Positions 22,659 through 33,396 are shown, counted from the first letter of the stretch. The stretch: DNA of 64,000 nucleotides from Microcoleus sp. (GCA_042408215.1 JAYFMW010000005.1:192001-256000), one strand, 5' to 3'. The notes: generated from the sequence alone by a model not told the origin. Made by a program: numbers and translations.

Positions 22659-23681
22659 ATGGAAATACTTGTGACGCTGCTGCTGGGTTCGGTGTTGTTT
22701 GTCTGGGGAATGAGGTTCGGAAAGGTGTTAGTTCGATCGGGAGCGACCGCTAATGACTTGTTTAAGGGCCGAAATTCGATCGCCCTGCTGTTTTTAGGTT
22801 TTTATATTGCTTTGCTGCTACTGGCTCTAAACCTGCCACAAATACCAGCTTTGCCGATCGAGTGGCGCGGGCACGGGATGCAAGTTACCTGGACTTTGTT
22901 ACGAGTAATGTTGATGGGAGTCTGCGGTATTGGTTTTACTATAAGCTGGCAGACGGCGCGATCGCAAGTAATTGCAGTCATTTTAATTGGCTGCTTGGGA
23001 TTAGGAGGATTTACTAGCGCTGAATCCTATTTCATGGCACCAATTTACGCTGATTTAGTTGACAATTTGCAGCCAAACGGTGTATTTCGCCAAACATCTA
23101 ACAGCAGTTGCGCCCCCGCCGCCCTAGCAACAATATTGAGAAAGTGGGGAATGAATGCGACGGAATCGAGTGTAGCTAAGGAGGCGAAAACCAGTCGTTT
23201 GGGAACTTCCATGCCACAGTTAATCGTAGCAGCAAGAGCTTTAGGAATGCAAGGAATTGAACTGACTCCGAGTTGGGAGCAAATGCAGCAAATTAATCGC
23301 CCCGGAGTATTAGCAGTTTGGCTATTTGACGGCCTTCGTAAACTTCCCCACGCCGTCTCTTTACTGGGAATGAACGACAATACCGCTGTAATTGGAGATC
23401 CGGCGCGGGGCAGAATTTTCTATTTAGACAGAGCAACTTTTGCCCAGATTTGGCGCGAACAATACGTGCCAATTTTTAAGCCGGCTGATATCTTGTTAAC
23501 TGACAAAGAAGCCATTGATTATTTGACTAAGTTGGGATATAAATCTGGGATTTTACAAACAGATCTTGAGCGCTTTCAAACAGATAAAAAGTTGCAAGTC
23601 AGCGGGGAGTTAGACTCAATTACTGCGTTAATGTTGAGTGGCAGTTTTTTGGAAAAAGTCCCCAGATTGGATGGCAAATAG
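22659..23681 (+). CDS. Membrane-anchored C39-family cysteine peptidase with PG-binding-like C-terminus
   Basis: N-terminal TM helices; RQTSNSSCAPAALA, HAV, IGDPARG; ERFQ..KKLQVSGELD. Confidence 0.8.
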   Translation: MEILVTLLLGSVLFVWGMRFGKVLVRSGATANDLFKGRNSIALLFLGFYIALLLLALNLPQIPALPIEWRGHGMQVTWTLLRVMLMGVCGIGFTISWQTARSQVIAVILIGCLGLGGFTSAESYFMAPIYADLVDNLQPNGVFRQTSNSSCAPAALATILRKWGMNATESSVAKEAKTSRLGTSMPQLIVAARALGMQGIELTPSWEQMQQINRPGVLAVWLFDGLRKLPHAVSLLGMNDNTAVIGDPARGRIFYLDRATFAQIWREQYVPIFKPADILLTDKEAIDYLTKLGYKSGILQTDLERFQTDKKLQVSGELDSITALMLSGSFLEKVPRLDGK

Positions 23682-24044
23682 TTATTGGAAATCATCCATC
23701 GCAGAGGCACTCTTGACGCAGAGGGAAGAGGAATCATGGGAGTTCACTCAAACAAGAGTTGAGTCATTCGTTCATAGCAATCGCAAAAATTCGATCGCCC
23801 CAGCAGATCGTCAACGATCGCACCTTCGTAGCGTAGCTGCATGAAATTACCAATGTAACCCTAGGCAGTTGCATCTCATATGGTGCGTTTAAATCCCATA
23901 AATAAAAAACGATTTTTCTGCCAGAAAGTCCGAGAAGGCTTTAAAATCAGCGCCGATTATCTGACTAATTTATTCATGACTATGACGACCGATTCCATAC
24001 ATTTTCATCCTGTCTTTTTACTGTCGATCGCAGTTTTTCCACCC

Positions 24045-24533
24045 TCACCGTTTTTGACAATTGGGAACAGTAGAATCGCTCATTTGAGGCTCAGACAGCT
24101 TGACTTCCCAGCCCGGTAAATTCCACCAATTAACTCGCTGATCCGGCTGAATCCAGAAGTTTAGTTGCGCGATCTTGCCATCCTCAAATCTGAGTTTTGG
24201 AAAGGTGGGATAACTGGTATCATCAGTTTCGCGGTAAGTGCGTTCAAGGTAATTCATGCAGGTCGTTAATCCCTCAGCAATTCCCAATTCTTCCACTCCT
24301 GTTCCCTTCAATTTCGCATCATCATAGCTGAAGGAGCCGTTGAATGAATTGCCCGCTAATCGGCCTTGGGTAACAGCGATCGTGAAATCGTAGGTGACGG
24401 GAACTGCGTAGGCTTGGGTTGCAGTAACAACTGTACTCAGAAGAGTCGTGGCGATCGCCACCGAGAGTTTTGAAATGGCTGGCACACTCGCATTCCGAAA
24501 AAGAACAACACTATAAATTTCGCTTTCAGTCAT
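24045..24533 (-). CDS. Hypothetical secreted protein
   Basis: Signal-like N-terminus ending AQAYA. Confidence 0.65.
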   Translation of the reverse strand: MTESEIYSVVLFRNASVPAISKLSVAIATTLLSTVVTATQAYAVPVTYDFTIAVTQGRLAGNSFNGSFSYDDAKLKGTGVEELGIAEGLTTCMNYLERTYRETDDTSYPTFPKLRFEDGKIAQLNFWIQPDQRVNWWNLPGWEVKLSEPQMSDSTVPNCQKR

Positions 24534-24704
24534 CGGGAAACTCCTTGATTACACTTCTATAGTCAGTGTGCGTTTCGGATATGATATCATAAGCAATGAG
24601 TTAAATGCGATCGCAGCAGACTGCCAAGCCAACAAAATTTACCGCCTATGGTTAATAGTGTATACTTTTTGGGTACTGAAAACCCCAACAGAAAACCCTC
24701 GTCT

Positions 24705-25733
24705 TTAATCGCCCAGCATTAACTCAGTAGATTTAACCACATTCATACCCGCCGCCGCAAATCTTTGAAAAGCCGCATCTGCGGGTTCCGTAAAATCAAC
24801 AACACCCGGAACAACCACAGGCGAAGTACAATCTTCCAGCAAATAAACCTTCTTCGCCAACTCCGAATCTCGCGCCAAAATTTCCGTCAGCAAATCATCA
24901 ATCGTCCAAGCAACGCAGTGACTTTTAGCTTGTCCGGCAATAATTACCGCATCAAAATCCAGCAACTTATCAATAAAACCAACATTCTTTTGAGCAATCG
25001 GATTACCGTCGAATCCATCTAAAACTTCCGGCCGCAAAACAGAATAGTTTTCTGTTAGCGGATTCCCACCTTTGATTTCAAAAAGTGCTTGACTTTCGCG
25101 AGCAATGCTATGAAAAAATATTGCTTCTTCCACAGCGGAAACCAGCGCGTGTCCGATGCCGCCAAGCATAGAGTGATAGGGCCAAATTGTCAAAGGATAT
25201 TTCCCAAGATCGCTAAGTTTTTTCACATAGTGCAGAGCGTGTTTTTCCAGAGCAGAAAAATTGCCAGCGCTGATGCTGTCAGCCACGGCTGGATTAACTT
25301 TCCAAATGCCTTTTTCGACATCTTCTAGGGTGATAGAAGTTGCGGCTGGTTGCGGGTGTTCGCCTGCTTCATTTATCCAAAAAATTGGATGAAAAATTTG
25401 CATAGCCTTGTGCGTGTCCATTGTGGGCGCAATGGCTGTAATTCTGTCTAAATTGCGGTAAATAAACTCGCACAGCCGCAGATTGTCATCAATAGCAGCG
25501 CTACCAGAACGCCCACCGACGAATAGTTCAAATTCCGGCAAACAAAAAGTATTTTGGGCATCAATTATCAACAAACAAATGCGGTTTATATCCCTAGCAG
25601 CCGGCATAATACTGTGTTTTACAGCCCATTCTTTAGCTTGAACAGCGCGTTCTTGATAAAGGACACGCCAGACTTCGCTGACTTTCTTCGGGTCAAAATA
25701 CTCAGGAATGGGGAGTAAGCTTTTTGCAGTCAT
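24705..25733 (-). CDS. Isochorismatase/nicotinamidase-like cysteine hydrolase
   Basis: IIDAQNTFC, TMDTH, WPYH, AGQAKSHCV. Confidence 0.85.
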   Translation of the reverse strand: MTAKSLLPIPEYFDPKKVSEVWRVLYQERAVQAKEWAVKHSIMPAARDINRICLLIIDAQNTFCLPEFELFVGGRSGSAAIDDNLRLCEFIYRNLDRITAIAPTMDTHKAMQIFHPIFWINEAGEHPQPAATSITLEDVEKGIWKVNPAVADSISAGNFSALEKHALHYVKKLSDLGKYPLTIWPYHSMLGGIGHALVSAVEEAIFFHSIARESQALFEIKGGNPLTENYSVLRPEVLDGFDGNPIAQKNVGFIDKLLDFDAVIIAGQAKSHCVAWTIDDLLTEILARDSELAKKVYLLEDCTSPVVVPGVVDFTEPADAAFQRFAAAGMNVVKSTELMLGD

Positions 25734-26016
25734 GGCTAATTTACTTGACAGTGGATTGTAACAAAAACTTAAATTAACAGTAAAAAATATTCAATCATTC
25801 GTCAACCTTTCCTTCTCTCTTTTCTTTCTCAGCGCTCTCTGCGCCCTCTGCGGTAAAAAAAAATCAAAAATCTCATCGGATTAGAGTATAATAATCAATG
25901 ATAACACAATTATCATGCCTTGCAAACTAATTTTAAGGTTTCGTTATGACCCAGAGGCGTAACTATGAACCTGTCAATGTGTAACTCATAATCCAAATAG
26001 CTATTGAGGGTGAATT

Positions 26017-26748
26017 ATGCCACAAGCACAAAATCCCAATTATCCCCGGAACATTTTTAAACGCAGATTGTTGTTTTTCTCGATCGCCCTTTTTCTCACT
26101 CTCTTAATTCTAGCAACTAAATCTTCCTACGTTCAAGATTTTTGCAGAAATGTGTTAATGCGGATCGAGGACTTAGGCGCTTGGAGACCGATCGCATTTG
26201 TAATCACATACAACTTAGCTACTATACTATTTATACCGGGCTCTGTGTTGACTTTGGGAGGCGGCGTGCTGTTTGGCCTGTGGTGGGGCTCAATCTACGT
26301 GTTTGTGGCCGCAACTTTAGGGGCTACCTTTGCTTTCCTAATTGGGCGATACTTGTCCCGCGATCGCGTGGTAAAATACATGGAAGCCCATCCCAAATTC
26401 CAAGCTCTGGATCGCGCCGTTTCCCAAGAAGGATTAAAAATAGTATTTTTGACTCGTCTTTGTCCTTTATTTCCTTTCAATTTATTGAATTACGCTTTAG
26501 GAATTACCCAAGTTTCTTTGAAAGATTATATACTAGGTTCCTTCGGCATGATACCGGGAACTGTCATGTATGTTTACTCCGGTTCTTTGGTGGGAGATCT
26601 TGCTGCGATCGGCGCGGCAACAGGGTGTACTAATCCCCAAGATTCAGCAGTAAAATGGTTGATTAATATCATCAGTTTTATTGCTACTGTCGCTGTTACT
26701 GTCTCTATCACTCGGATAGCGAACAAAGCTTTGGAAGAAAGTGTTTAA
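26017..26748 (+). CDS. TVP38/TMEM64 (VTT/DedA) membrane protein
   Basis: PGSVLTLGGGVLFG, RLCPLFPFNLLNYALG. Confidence 0.9.
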   Translation: MPQAQNPNYPRNIFKRRLLFFSIALFLTLLILATKSSYVQDFCRNVLMRIEDLGAWRPIAFVITYNLATILFIPGSVLTLGGGVLFGLWWGSIYVFVAATLGATFAFLIGRYLSRDRVVKYMEAHPKFQALDRAVSQEGLKIVFLTRLCPLFPFNLLNYALGITQVSLKDYILGSFGMIPGTVMYVYSGSLVGDLAAIGAATGCTNPQDSAVKWLINIISFIATVAVTVSITRIANKALEESV

Positions 26749-26764
26749 TTAGGAGAATTTGCCA

Positions 26765-28300
26765 ATGTCGCAGTCAAAAGTCGATCGCCTAAATGTCCCC
26801 CCGATGGACGAACACAACCAAAAATTAGTCTCCTATTTACATCCGCCAGATTGGGTAAATCCCCAGCCAGCCAACTGTTACAATTTAGTAGTAATTGGAG
26901 CAGGCCCCGCTGGATTAATTGTGGCCGCCGGTGCCGCAGGTTTGGGCGCGAAAGTTGCTTTGATTGAAAAACATTTGATGGGCGGCGATTGTTTGAATGT
27001 AGGTTGTGTACCTTCAAAAGCGCTGATTCGTTCGTCTCGTACTGTCGGCGATATCTGGGAAGCGAGTAAATTTGGTGTTAAGGTTTCTGACAGTGCAGAA
27101 GTGGATTTTCCGGCTGTGATGGAAAGAATGCGGCGCATCAGGGCGGGAATCAGTGATGTTGATTCTGTTCAACGCTATCAACACAAATTAGGCGTAGATG
27201 TTTTTCTAGGTTCTGGTCGTTTTACTAGCAATAATACAGTAGAAGTGGCTGGTCAAACTCTCCCCTTTAAAAAAGCAGTAATTGCGACCGGTGCAAGGGC
27301 GCTACAACCGCAAATTTCCGGTTTACAAGAAGCTGGATATCTGACTAATGAAACTGTGTTTAACCTCACGGAAAAGCCGCAACGTTTGGCAATAATTGGC
27401 GCAGGTCCGATCGGCTGCGAATTGGCTCAAGCCTTCCGGCGGCTGGGTTCGGAAGTCGTGTTGCTGCACAAAAATCCTCACATTTTGGACAAGGAAGATG
27501 TCGATGCTGCTAACATTGTGCAGCAGGCTTTTGTGAGGGAAGAAATTCAGCTAATACTTGAATGCAAAGTCGATCGCGTTGAGCAAACAAATACAGGCAA
27601 AGTAATTTATTATCAATCTCAGGGTAAAGTAGGTACTGTGACTGTAGATGAAATTCTGATTAGCACCGGGCGATCGCCCAATGTGGAAGGATTGAATTTG
27701 GAGGCGATCGGCGTTGAATACGATACACAAACGGGCGTATTTGTCAATGACAATTTGCAAACTACTAATCCCCGCATTTATGCTGCTGGCGATATCTGCA
27801 TGAAGCATAAATTTACTCATGCTGCTGATTTTGCGGCGAGGATTGTCATTCAAAATACGCTGTTTTTTGGACGCAAAAAGCTCAGTGCTTTGACTATACC
27901 TTGGTGTACATATACTAGCCCGGAGGTGGCGCACGTTGGAATGGGCGATCGCGAAATTCAAGCCAAAGGGATTGATGTCGATACATTTTTGATTCCTTTC
28001 AGTCAAGTCGATCGGGCAATTCTTGACGGAGAAGATGAGGGTTTTGTGAAAATTCACGTCAAGAAAGGCAGCGACAAAATATTAGGTGCAACTATTGTTG
28101 CTAGAAACGCTGGGGATATGATTAGCGAAATTACTTTAGCAATGATTAACAATATTGGTTTAGGCAAAATTGCGAGTGTAATTCATCCCTATCCGACGCA
28201 AGCTGAGGCTATTCGCAAAGCTGGGGATGCGTACAATCGCACTCGTTTGACACCGTTTGTCAAGAATTTGTTCAATCGCTGGCTGGCTTGGACTAGGTAG
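26765..28300 (+). CDS. FAD-dependent pyridine nucleotide-disulfide oxidoreductase (MerA/LpdA-like)
   Basis: GAGPAG, GGDCLNVGCVPSK, HPYPT; lacks the C-terminal CC pair of MerA. Confidence 0.9.
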   Translation: MSQSKVDRLNVPPMDEHNQKLVSYLHPPDWVNPQPANCYNLVVIGAGPAGLIVAAGAAGLGAKVALIEKHLMGGDCLNVGCVPSKALIRSSRTVGDIWEASKFGVKVSDSAEVDFPAVMERMRRIRAGISDVDSVQRYQHKLGVDVFLGSGRFTSNNTVEVAGQTLPFKKAVIATGARALQPQISGLQEAGYLTNETVFNLTEKPQRLAIIGAGPIGCELAQAFRRLGSEVVLLHKNPHILDKEDVDAANIVQQAFVREEIQLILECKVDRVEQTNTGKVIYYQSQGKVGTVTVDEILISTGRSPNVEGLNLEAIGVEYDTQTGVFVNDNLQTTNPRIYAAGDICMKHKFTHAADFAARIVIQNTLFFGRKKLSALTIPWCTYTSPEVAHVGMGDREIQAKGIDVDTFLIPFSQVDRAILDGEDEGFVKIHVKKGSDKILGATIVARNAGDMISEITLAMINNIGLGKIASVIHPYPTQAEAIRKAGDAYNRTRLTPFVKNLFNRWLAWTR

Positions 28301-28339
28301 TTTGAAGTGTATTGAATCAACACCAGGTACAATTGAACC

Positions 28340-28631
28340 GTAGGGGCGGGTTCACCAACAATATATAACAAGAACCAACAATCTCAATAAACCCGCCCCC
28401 ACTGATAGAAAATACAAATTTACCATTAATATCAAATCCGGTAGCATCGTCCTGTATTCATCTCTCTTCTCTCCCTCTGTGTTCTCTGCGTTCTCTGCGG
28501 TTAAATCATTCCGATGCAACCGGAAACGATATAATTTATTGAATCAAATGTTGATGTAAAATTGGGCGTTGGAGGGCGGGTTTATCAGATTGTTTGATTT
28601 GTGTTCGGGATTTCGGCGAACCCGCCCCTAC
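28340..28631. repeat. Inverted pair of REP-like palindromes flanking a MITE-like element (28429-28532)
   Basis: GTAGGGGCGGGTTC at left, GAACCCGCCCCTAC at right; centre matches 1-103. Confidence 0.75.
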
Positions 28632-28681
28632 GCGGATTTCGGTTTTCAACATTCCCATTTACGTTTCCGTACATTGATTGA

Positions 28682-29059
28682 CTAATCAATTAAATTCAAT
28701 CTATTTTCATACCCCCGCATTATCTTCTGTAATACGTGCCTTAACCTTTCAAAGTCAGCGTCTTCTAAGGAGAAAGTAATTGCAACCTCATCATACTCTG
28801 GAAGAGTTATTGTATCGGAACCGAAACGAACAGTAAATCGATCGCGACTAAGAGTAACCCAATCGATGCCTACATCTTCTATCCAATCTCCATCGTCCAG
28901 CTCTGCATAGATATTTTTTCTGTTAGGAACAGTCTCTTCTTCAGACCCTTCTTCTCGTGTCAGGATGAAATAATGTTCGCCCCCCTTAGCTTCAGAAAAA
29001 CCCACATACAAATTGGCTTCAATAGCATCAAAGCAAGGGGCAAAAAATTCAGTTGTCAT
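28682..29059 (-). CDS. Acidic Imm10-like immunity-family protein
   Basis: VGF..HYFILTR..IYAELDD..GI..VTLSR..L..I pattern resembles Imm10; ATG 4 nt after the Pnkp stop. Confidence 0.55.
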   Translation of the reverse strand: MTTEFFAPCFDAIEANLYVGFSEAKGGEHYFILTREEGSEEETVPNRKNIYAELDDGDWIEDVGIDWVTLSRDRFTVRFGSDTITLPEYDEVAITFSLEDADFERLRHVLQKIMRGYENRLNLID

Positions 29060-29063
29060 AATT

Positions 29064-29912
29064 TTAAAAATCCCCTTCATCTACTTGAAATACAGTCATT
29101 CCCAAGCCTCTCCACATATCCACAACTTGCTGGCGATCGTCCAACACAAACTTAATGTTATACTTCCCATCAATATGCTGGCGATACAACTCTTCCTTCA
29201 TAATCGCATCCTTCCTCATGTCTCCCGTTTTCCGCATATAAAGACCAGCGTAATTCACCTCATACTGCTGCAACCATTTTTCAGTTTGAGGCTGACAATC
29301 ATCGGTGCGGCCCGACACTACAATAATATTAACGCTCGACTGCCACTTGCGAACAGTATCTAAAACTGGCTGATTCGGTAAATCGCGATCGCACATTGAA
29401 GCATCGAAAGGATTTCTGCCATTGAGAAGCGCTAAAGTGCCATCCATATCAACAATAATTGCATCGGGCAAATCGGGATTATATTCCGGTGGCGGAACGG
29501 GAACCCGCACATACCTATTATACATCTTCATAATCACATCTTTGCCAACAGAATTGAGCCTTTTCAAATCCCGTTTAATACATTCCTCCACCGGAACTTG
29601 CAGAAAAGAATCATTAACTTCGACAACAGCTTGGCCTTTGACCAACTCTTTAATATGTTCGATATGGGGCCCAAAATTAGTATCATCAACAATGACGTGA
29701 TTGCCGCTTTCCAAAGCCATCAAAATGATTCGATCTCTCAATTCCATAATAAACTTTTCATTCCCAGGCGACCAATGAGAAGCGTGAGCCATTTCTCGCA
29801 ATAAATCTTTATTGGTGCGAACCCATCTAGCCGGTTCAGACAGCAGCAATTCCCTAGCAAATTGAGATTTTCCAGAAGCAGGTAAACCGACAAGTACAAT
29901 AACTCTTTTCAT
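29064..29912 (-). CDS. T4 PseT-like polynucleotide 5'-kinase/3'-phosphatase (Pnkp)
   Basis: P-loop GLPASGKS, NKDLLRE, VDDTN; HAD DMDGTL, VSGR, LDDRQQVVDMWR; start set at MKRVIV because the upstream extension is repeat-derived. Confidence 0.9.
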   Translation of the reverse strand: MKRVIVLVGLPASGKSQFARELLLSEPARWVRTNKDLLREMAHASHWSPGNEKFIMELRDRIILMALESGNHVIVDDTNFGPHIEHIKELVKGQAVVEVNDSFLQVPVEECIKRDLKRLNSVGKDVIMKMYNRYVRVPVPPPEYNPDLPDAIIVDMDGTLALLNGRNPFDASMCDRDLPNQPVLDTVRKWQSSVNIIVVSGRTDDCQPQTEKWLQQYEVNYAGLYMRKTGDMRKDAIMKEELYRQHIDGKYNIKFVLDDRQQVVDMWRGLGMTVFQVDEGDF

Positions 29913-30047
29913 GACAATTGGTAATGGGTAATGGGTAATGGGTAATTGGGCATTGGGCATCGGGCATTGGTTAGTCGTTATTGTTTATTGGTAGAGCCTC
30001 ACTAATAACAAATAAAAAATAACAAATAACTACTCACACTCGATAAT

Positions 30048-30089
30048 TCATCCGTTAAATCCGTTACATAATCCGTTGCCGAACTTCTT
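30048..30089. repeat. ATCCGTT-based short repeat
   Basis: Inverted copy at ~8335-8385. Confidence 0.65.
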
Positions 30090-31175
30090 CTACAAACCTA
30101 AATTGATGTAATCTAAACCCAATAGCTCCTCTATCTTATAAAGATTAACATCGCGGAGAGCTTCTTTGACACCAGCAACTCTCCGGGCACGCAAGGAAAA
30201 CAAAATCCCGGCATAGGGCAAATGCTTCACAGCTAACGCAAAATCTTTCTGAACTTCGATAGATTCATGCTGTCGGTAAACCTCCTCAATTTCTTGAACC
30301 AAACATTGATATTTGTCCTTAAATTGTTGGTACAATTCAGTCCACTCTGGAAAATAAGCTAAAAATTCTTCTCCTTCATTAGTTAAAACAATCTCGATCA
30401 TCCGGCGAGTAGAAAACCCTTCTCGGAGATGGGAAATCGCGACATATTGAGGAGATTTGACTTTAACTCGGTTGAAATCAGCGTCGCAGATAATATACCC
30501 TTCAGAATCCATCGGGTCTAAGTTTTGAGCCGCTTCGATCGCTTCTTTCCAGCTAGTTAAAGGATAGGATTTTACTAATTTCCATCCATATTTATTAGCC
30601 CAAATACTGGGGTTACTTTCTAGCAGTGTTTGAGTGTTGCGAACGCCGTGCAGCACGATTTGATTGTCGTTTTGCTGGACAACTATTCTATTGTAAGGCG
30701 TCATCAACTCAAAAATAAAACATTGGTCGGTTTCTGTCGGCAATTTATATCCTAACTCTTGCCATACTTTCCAAAAAAGTTCGGCAAAGCTAAATCCAAA
30801 ACCGTTAACTTCGCCCGCTGCGTCGGGAGTGCCGCTAGATTGCACTCTCCATTCTCCATTATAAAAATAGAGTGCAGTCAGAGAACCATCGAGTTTTTCA
30901 TAGACTTTGGCATTGTTCCAATCAATTGTAGCGGCGTGAATTTCTCCGTAGTTGAAAAATTTGTCGTAGGGATAAGAAACTATTTGCCAATCTTGGGATG
31001 AATCTAAAATGATACCTCGGCACTGTTGCACTATTTTTTCTCCCAGCGGGGATTCTATCTGCGAGTATTTCAGACAGACTAGATGAGGGTATTGCCGATC
31101 GCGCGTAACTTTGATCTGATAAGTTTCGGACAAATTTTCTAATCCGTGCTGGCGTAAATACTCTTGCAGTTCCAC
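30090..31175 (-). CDS. T4 RnlA/Rnl1-like ATP-dependent RNA ligase
   Basis: QCRGIIL, YDKFFN, motif I EKLDGS, III FEL, IV EGYII, V RVKVKS. Confidence 0.9.
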   Translation of the reverse strand: MELQEYLRQHGLENLSETYQIKVTRDRQYPHLVCLKYSQIESPLGEKIVQQCRGIILDSSQDWQIVSYPYDKFFNYGEIHAATIDWNNAKVYEKLDGSLTALYFYNGEWRVQSSGTPDAAGEVNGFGFSFAELFWKVWQELGYKLPTETDQCFIFELMTPYNRIVVQQNDNQIVLHGVRNTQTLLESNPSIWANKYGWKLVKSYPLTSWKEAIEAAQNLDPMDSEGYIICDADFNRVKVKSPQYVAISHLREGFSTRRMIEIVLTNEGEEFLAYFPEWTELYQQFKDKYQCLVQEIEEVYRQHESIEVQKDFALAVKHLPYAGILFSLRARRVAGVKEALRDVNLYKIEELLGLDYINLGL

Positions 31176-31374
31176 GATTGACTCCTAAATTGCTCGCCTT
31201 CTCTATATTATAGATCGCTGCATATTCTAGCAACTTTGTCAAGACAATATAAAATTAGTTGGTTACTGAAATGGTTACTGAAAAGCTATTATTATTTCTG
31301 TATTTTGAATTATGGTTGTATATAGGTGAATACGGTTCGGCTGCTGGACTGTTTGAATATCAAGGAAAAAGACA

Positions 31375-31932
31375 GTGAAGAACAAATTATTACTTTTGGC
31401 GACTTCTGCGTGTGTATTGACTGCTTTAGTACCTGCATCGGTAGTTTTTGGGGCCTCGGAATTGTCGCAGCGACAACCGGAAACACAAAAACTTGCTCAA
31501 GGTGATACTGCTGTTGCGGTAAGTGAAATTTTGCCAAACTTAAAAGGCAAAACGCAAGTGCCAATTTTCATTCCCAGTATTCCTGCTTCAGAGAAACTTT
31601 ACTATCAAATCACGGCAAAAGCAGACAGCTATACTATTTCAATGGAGTATACAGCAGATTGTCGTGGTGCGGGAGCTTGCTCTTTTGGGGAAATTCGAGG
31701 TCAAAAAGGTGGTGAGTTTTCTACAAAAATAGAAGGGGTAACTAAGACATTAAAAAATGTGCAACTTGCCGGCGGTGTGAAAGGAGTTTTTCATAACGGT
31801 TGTGGGGCTTACTGTACGGCAAGTATTGAGTGGAAAAATCAGGGATTTTTCTATACCATAGCAATTAAAAATGGAGGGGAAGCTGATTTAATTAAGATGG
31901 CTAATTCGGCGATTCAAGCTGGTAAGCGTTAA
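31375..31932 (+). CDS. Secreted hypothetical protein (four-Cys domain)
   Basis: Signal peptide; domain shared with the next ORF. Confidence 0.75.
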   Translation: MKNKLLLLATSACVLTALVPASVVFGASELSQRQPETQKLAQGDTAVAVSEILPNLKGKTQVPIFIPSIPASEKLYYQITAKADSYTISMEYTADCRGAGACSFGEIRGQKGGEFSTKIEGVTKTLKNVQLAGGVKGVFHNGCGAYCTASIEWKNQGFFYTIAIKNGGEADLIKMANSAIQAGKR

Positions 31933-31935
31933 ATG

Positions 31936-31975
31936 TTCCAAATCCCCGACTTCTGATAGAAGTCGGGGATTTGAA
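31936..31975. terminator. Strong hairpin (terminator or processing site)
   Basis: CAAATCCCCGACTTCT-GAT-AGAAGTCGGGGATTTG. Confidence 0.65.
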
Positions 31976-32021
31976 CTCAAATGGATGGTTATAGAATAGT
32001 TGTAATCTAAAGAGGAAAAAG

Positions 32022-33053
32022 ATGATGAGCGGAAAAAGGCTGTTTAGGGCTGTTTTTGCTGGTGTCACAACTGGTTTGGCGATTCCCTTCGGGATAGCTT
32101 CGCTTCACGCACTTTTGACACCAAAACCGCTGGTAGCACAGACTGAAGTGCCGATTACAGAAATTCGCTGGTTTAATTATTCTCCTAAAGATAGTTGGCA
32201 ATCTATACAATTTATTGTCCCAAATGAAGACAATACTAAATCTGTTTCTGGCGGTAAATTGCGGTTGTATCACGTTCATATTGCTAGGATGTTTGAGATT
32301 TCTCATTTTCTGTGCAATCGCGATCGCACTTCTGCCGGTTACGATTGGTCTTACGAGGTAGCCAATGGTAATATTGAGGTGGGAAAAATCAAAATTAGCT
32401 GCAATCTCGCCCGCGAAATTGCCACAGCTTACGGGTTGGAAAAACCGCAACTTACAGTCATTCGCCGCAATTTCGACCTGAAAAACGGTCGCCCTTCTGT
32501 GGAAGAAGAAAAATATTCAATTCCGACTTTGAACCTTACTGAAACAAAAATCTCGCAGTGGATGAATTTTGTCAAGCAGTTGACCCCTATCCGCGAGAAT
32601 TCTGGTGCAAACAAAGCTCGCAGCCGTTTTCCTGCGGCTCAAATTTTTCAGCAGATTAAAGGCAAAACCAGAGTGGCAGTTTTTCTCCCCAGCAGGCTGC
32701 CATTATCCGATATTCAGCAACTAGATTTTGATGTGAAAGCGGGTTCCCAAGGTTATATTATTGAAATGTATTTTGGCAAAGGATGCCGCGCCGATGATTG
32801 TTATTTTGGCACAGTAGAAGCTCAAAGAGATGCACCTGTTTCGCCGCCTTCGCAATTGCCAAATGATACCTATAGAAGCATTCAATTAGCTGACGGAATT
32901 AGAGGAACTTTTTTTAATATTTGCGGGTCTGATTGCACTGCTTTTGTTGAGTGGCACAATGGAGGGGTGCTGTACCGCATCACAATGAAAAATGGACGGC
33001 AGCAAGAAGTTGTCCAGATGGTTAATTCTGCAATTCAAGCAGGGACACGTTAA
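32022..33053 (+). CDS. Secreted hypothetical protein; C-terminal domain paralogous to 31375-31932
   Basis: Shared KGKT.V..F.PS, C....C.FG, F.N.CG..CTA..EW, KNG...M.NSAIQAG.R. Confidence 0.75.
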   Translation: MMSGKRLFRAVFAGVTTGLAIPFGIASLHALLTPKPLVAQTEVPITEIRWFNYSPKDSWQSIQFIVPNEDNTKSVSGGKLRLYHVHIARMFEISHFLCNRDRTSAGYDWSYEVANGNIEVGKIKISCNLAREIATAYGLEKPQLTVIRRNFDLKNGRPSVEEEKYSIPTLNLTETKISQWMNFVKQLTPIRENSGANKARSRFPAAQIFQQIKGKTRVAVFLPSRLPLSDIQQLDFDVKAGSQGYIIEMYFGKGCRADDCYFGTVEAQRDAPVSPPSQLPNDTYRSIQLADGIRGTFFNICGSDCTAFVEWHNGGVLYRITMKNGRQQEVVQMVNSAIQAGTR

Positions 33054-33227
33054 TTTTTGATGAATATTGGAGGTGGGAGATCAATTTTATGTCTTCCTAT
33101 TCGATCATTTAAAATCGCTAACAAACATTTTTAAGTAGAAGGAAGAAGGAAGAAGGAAGAATGCTCATACAGCAAGCTTTTTAGCCACCTGTATCTTACG
33201 TTTAATTAGGTGGATTTACTTATTCAG

Positions 33228-33350
33228 TCACTCGGCGATTGAAATCCCTACTACACAAACGAAGTCCCTGCTGAGGGGGACTAAAGAATATCTGATTCTT
33301 TTTTCCCATCGGCATAGGAAGTAACGAGCTACATCAATAGCACTTTTCAT
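33228..33350 (-). pseudogene. Possible N-terminal remnant of a SocA/Panacea (DUF4065)-like antitoxin
   Basis: MKSAIDVARYFL start then degenerates. Confidence 0.35.
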
Positions 33351-33396
33351 AGTTTTAGCATGATAGTAATTTGATGGATTCACTTTGAATTGTAAG

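Noticed and set aside
26765..28300. True mercury resistance merA
   Set aside because: No C-terminal Cys-Cys, no metal-binding N-domain, no mer genes
28682..31175. Prophage origin of the ligase/Pnkp genes
   Set aside because: No integrase, structural or replication genes; the intergenic repeats are host-type
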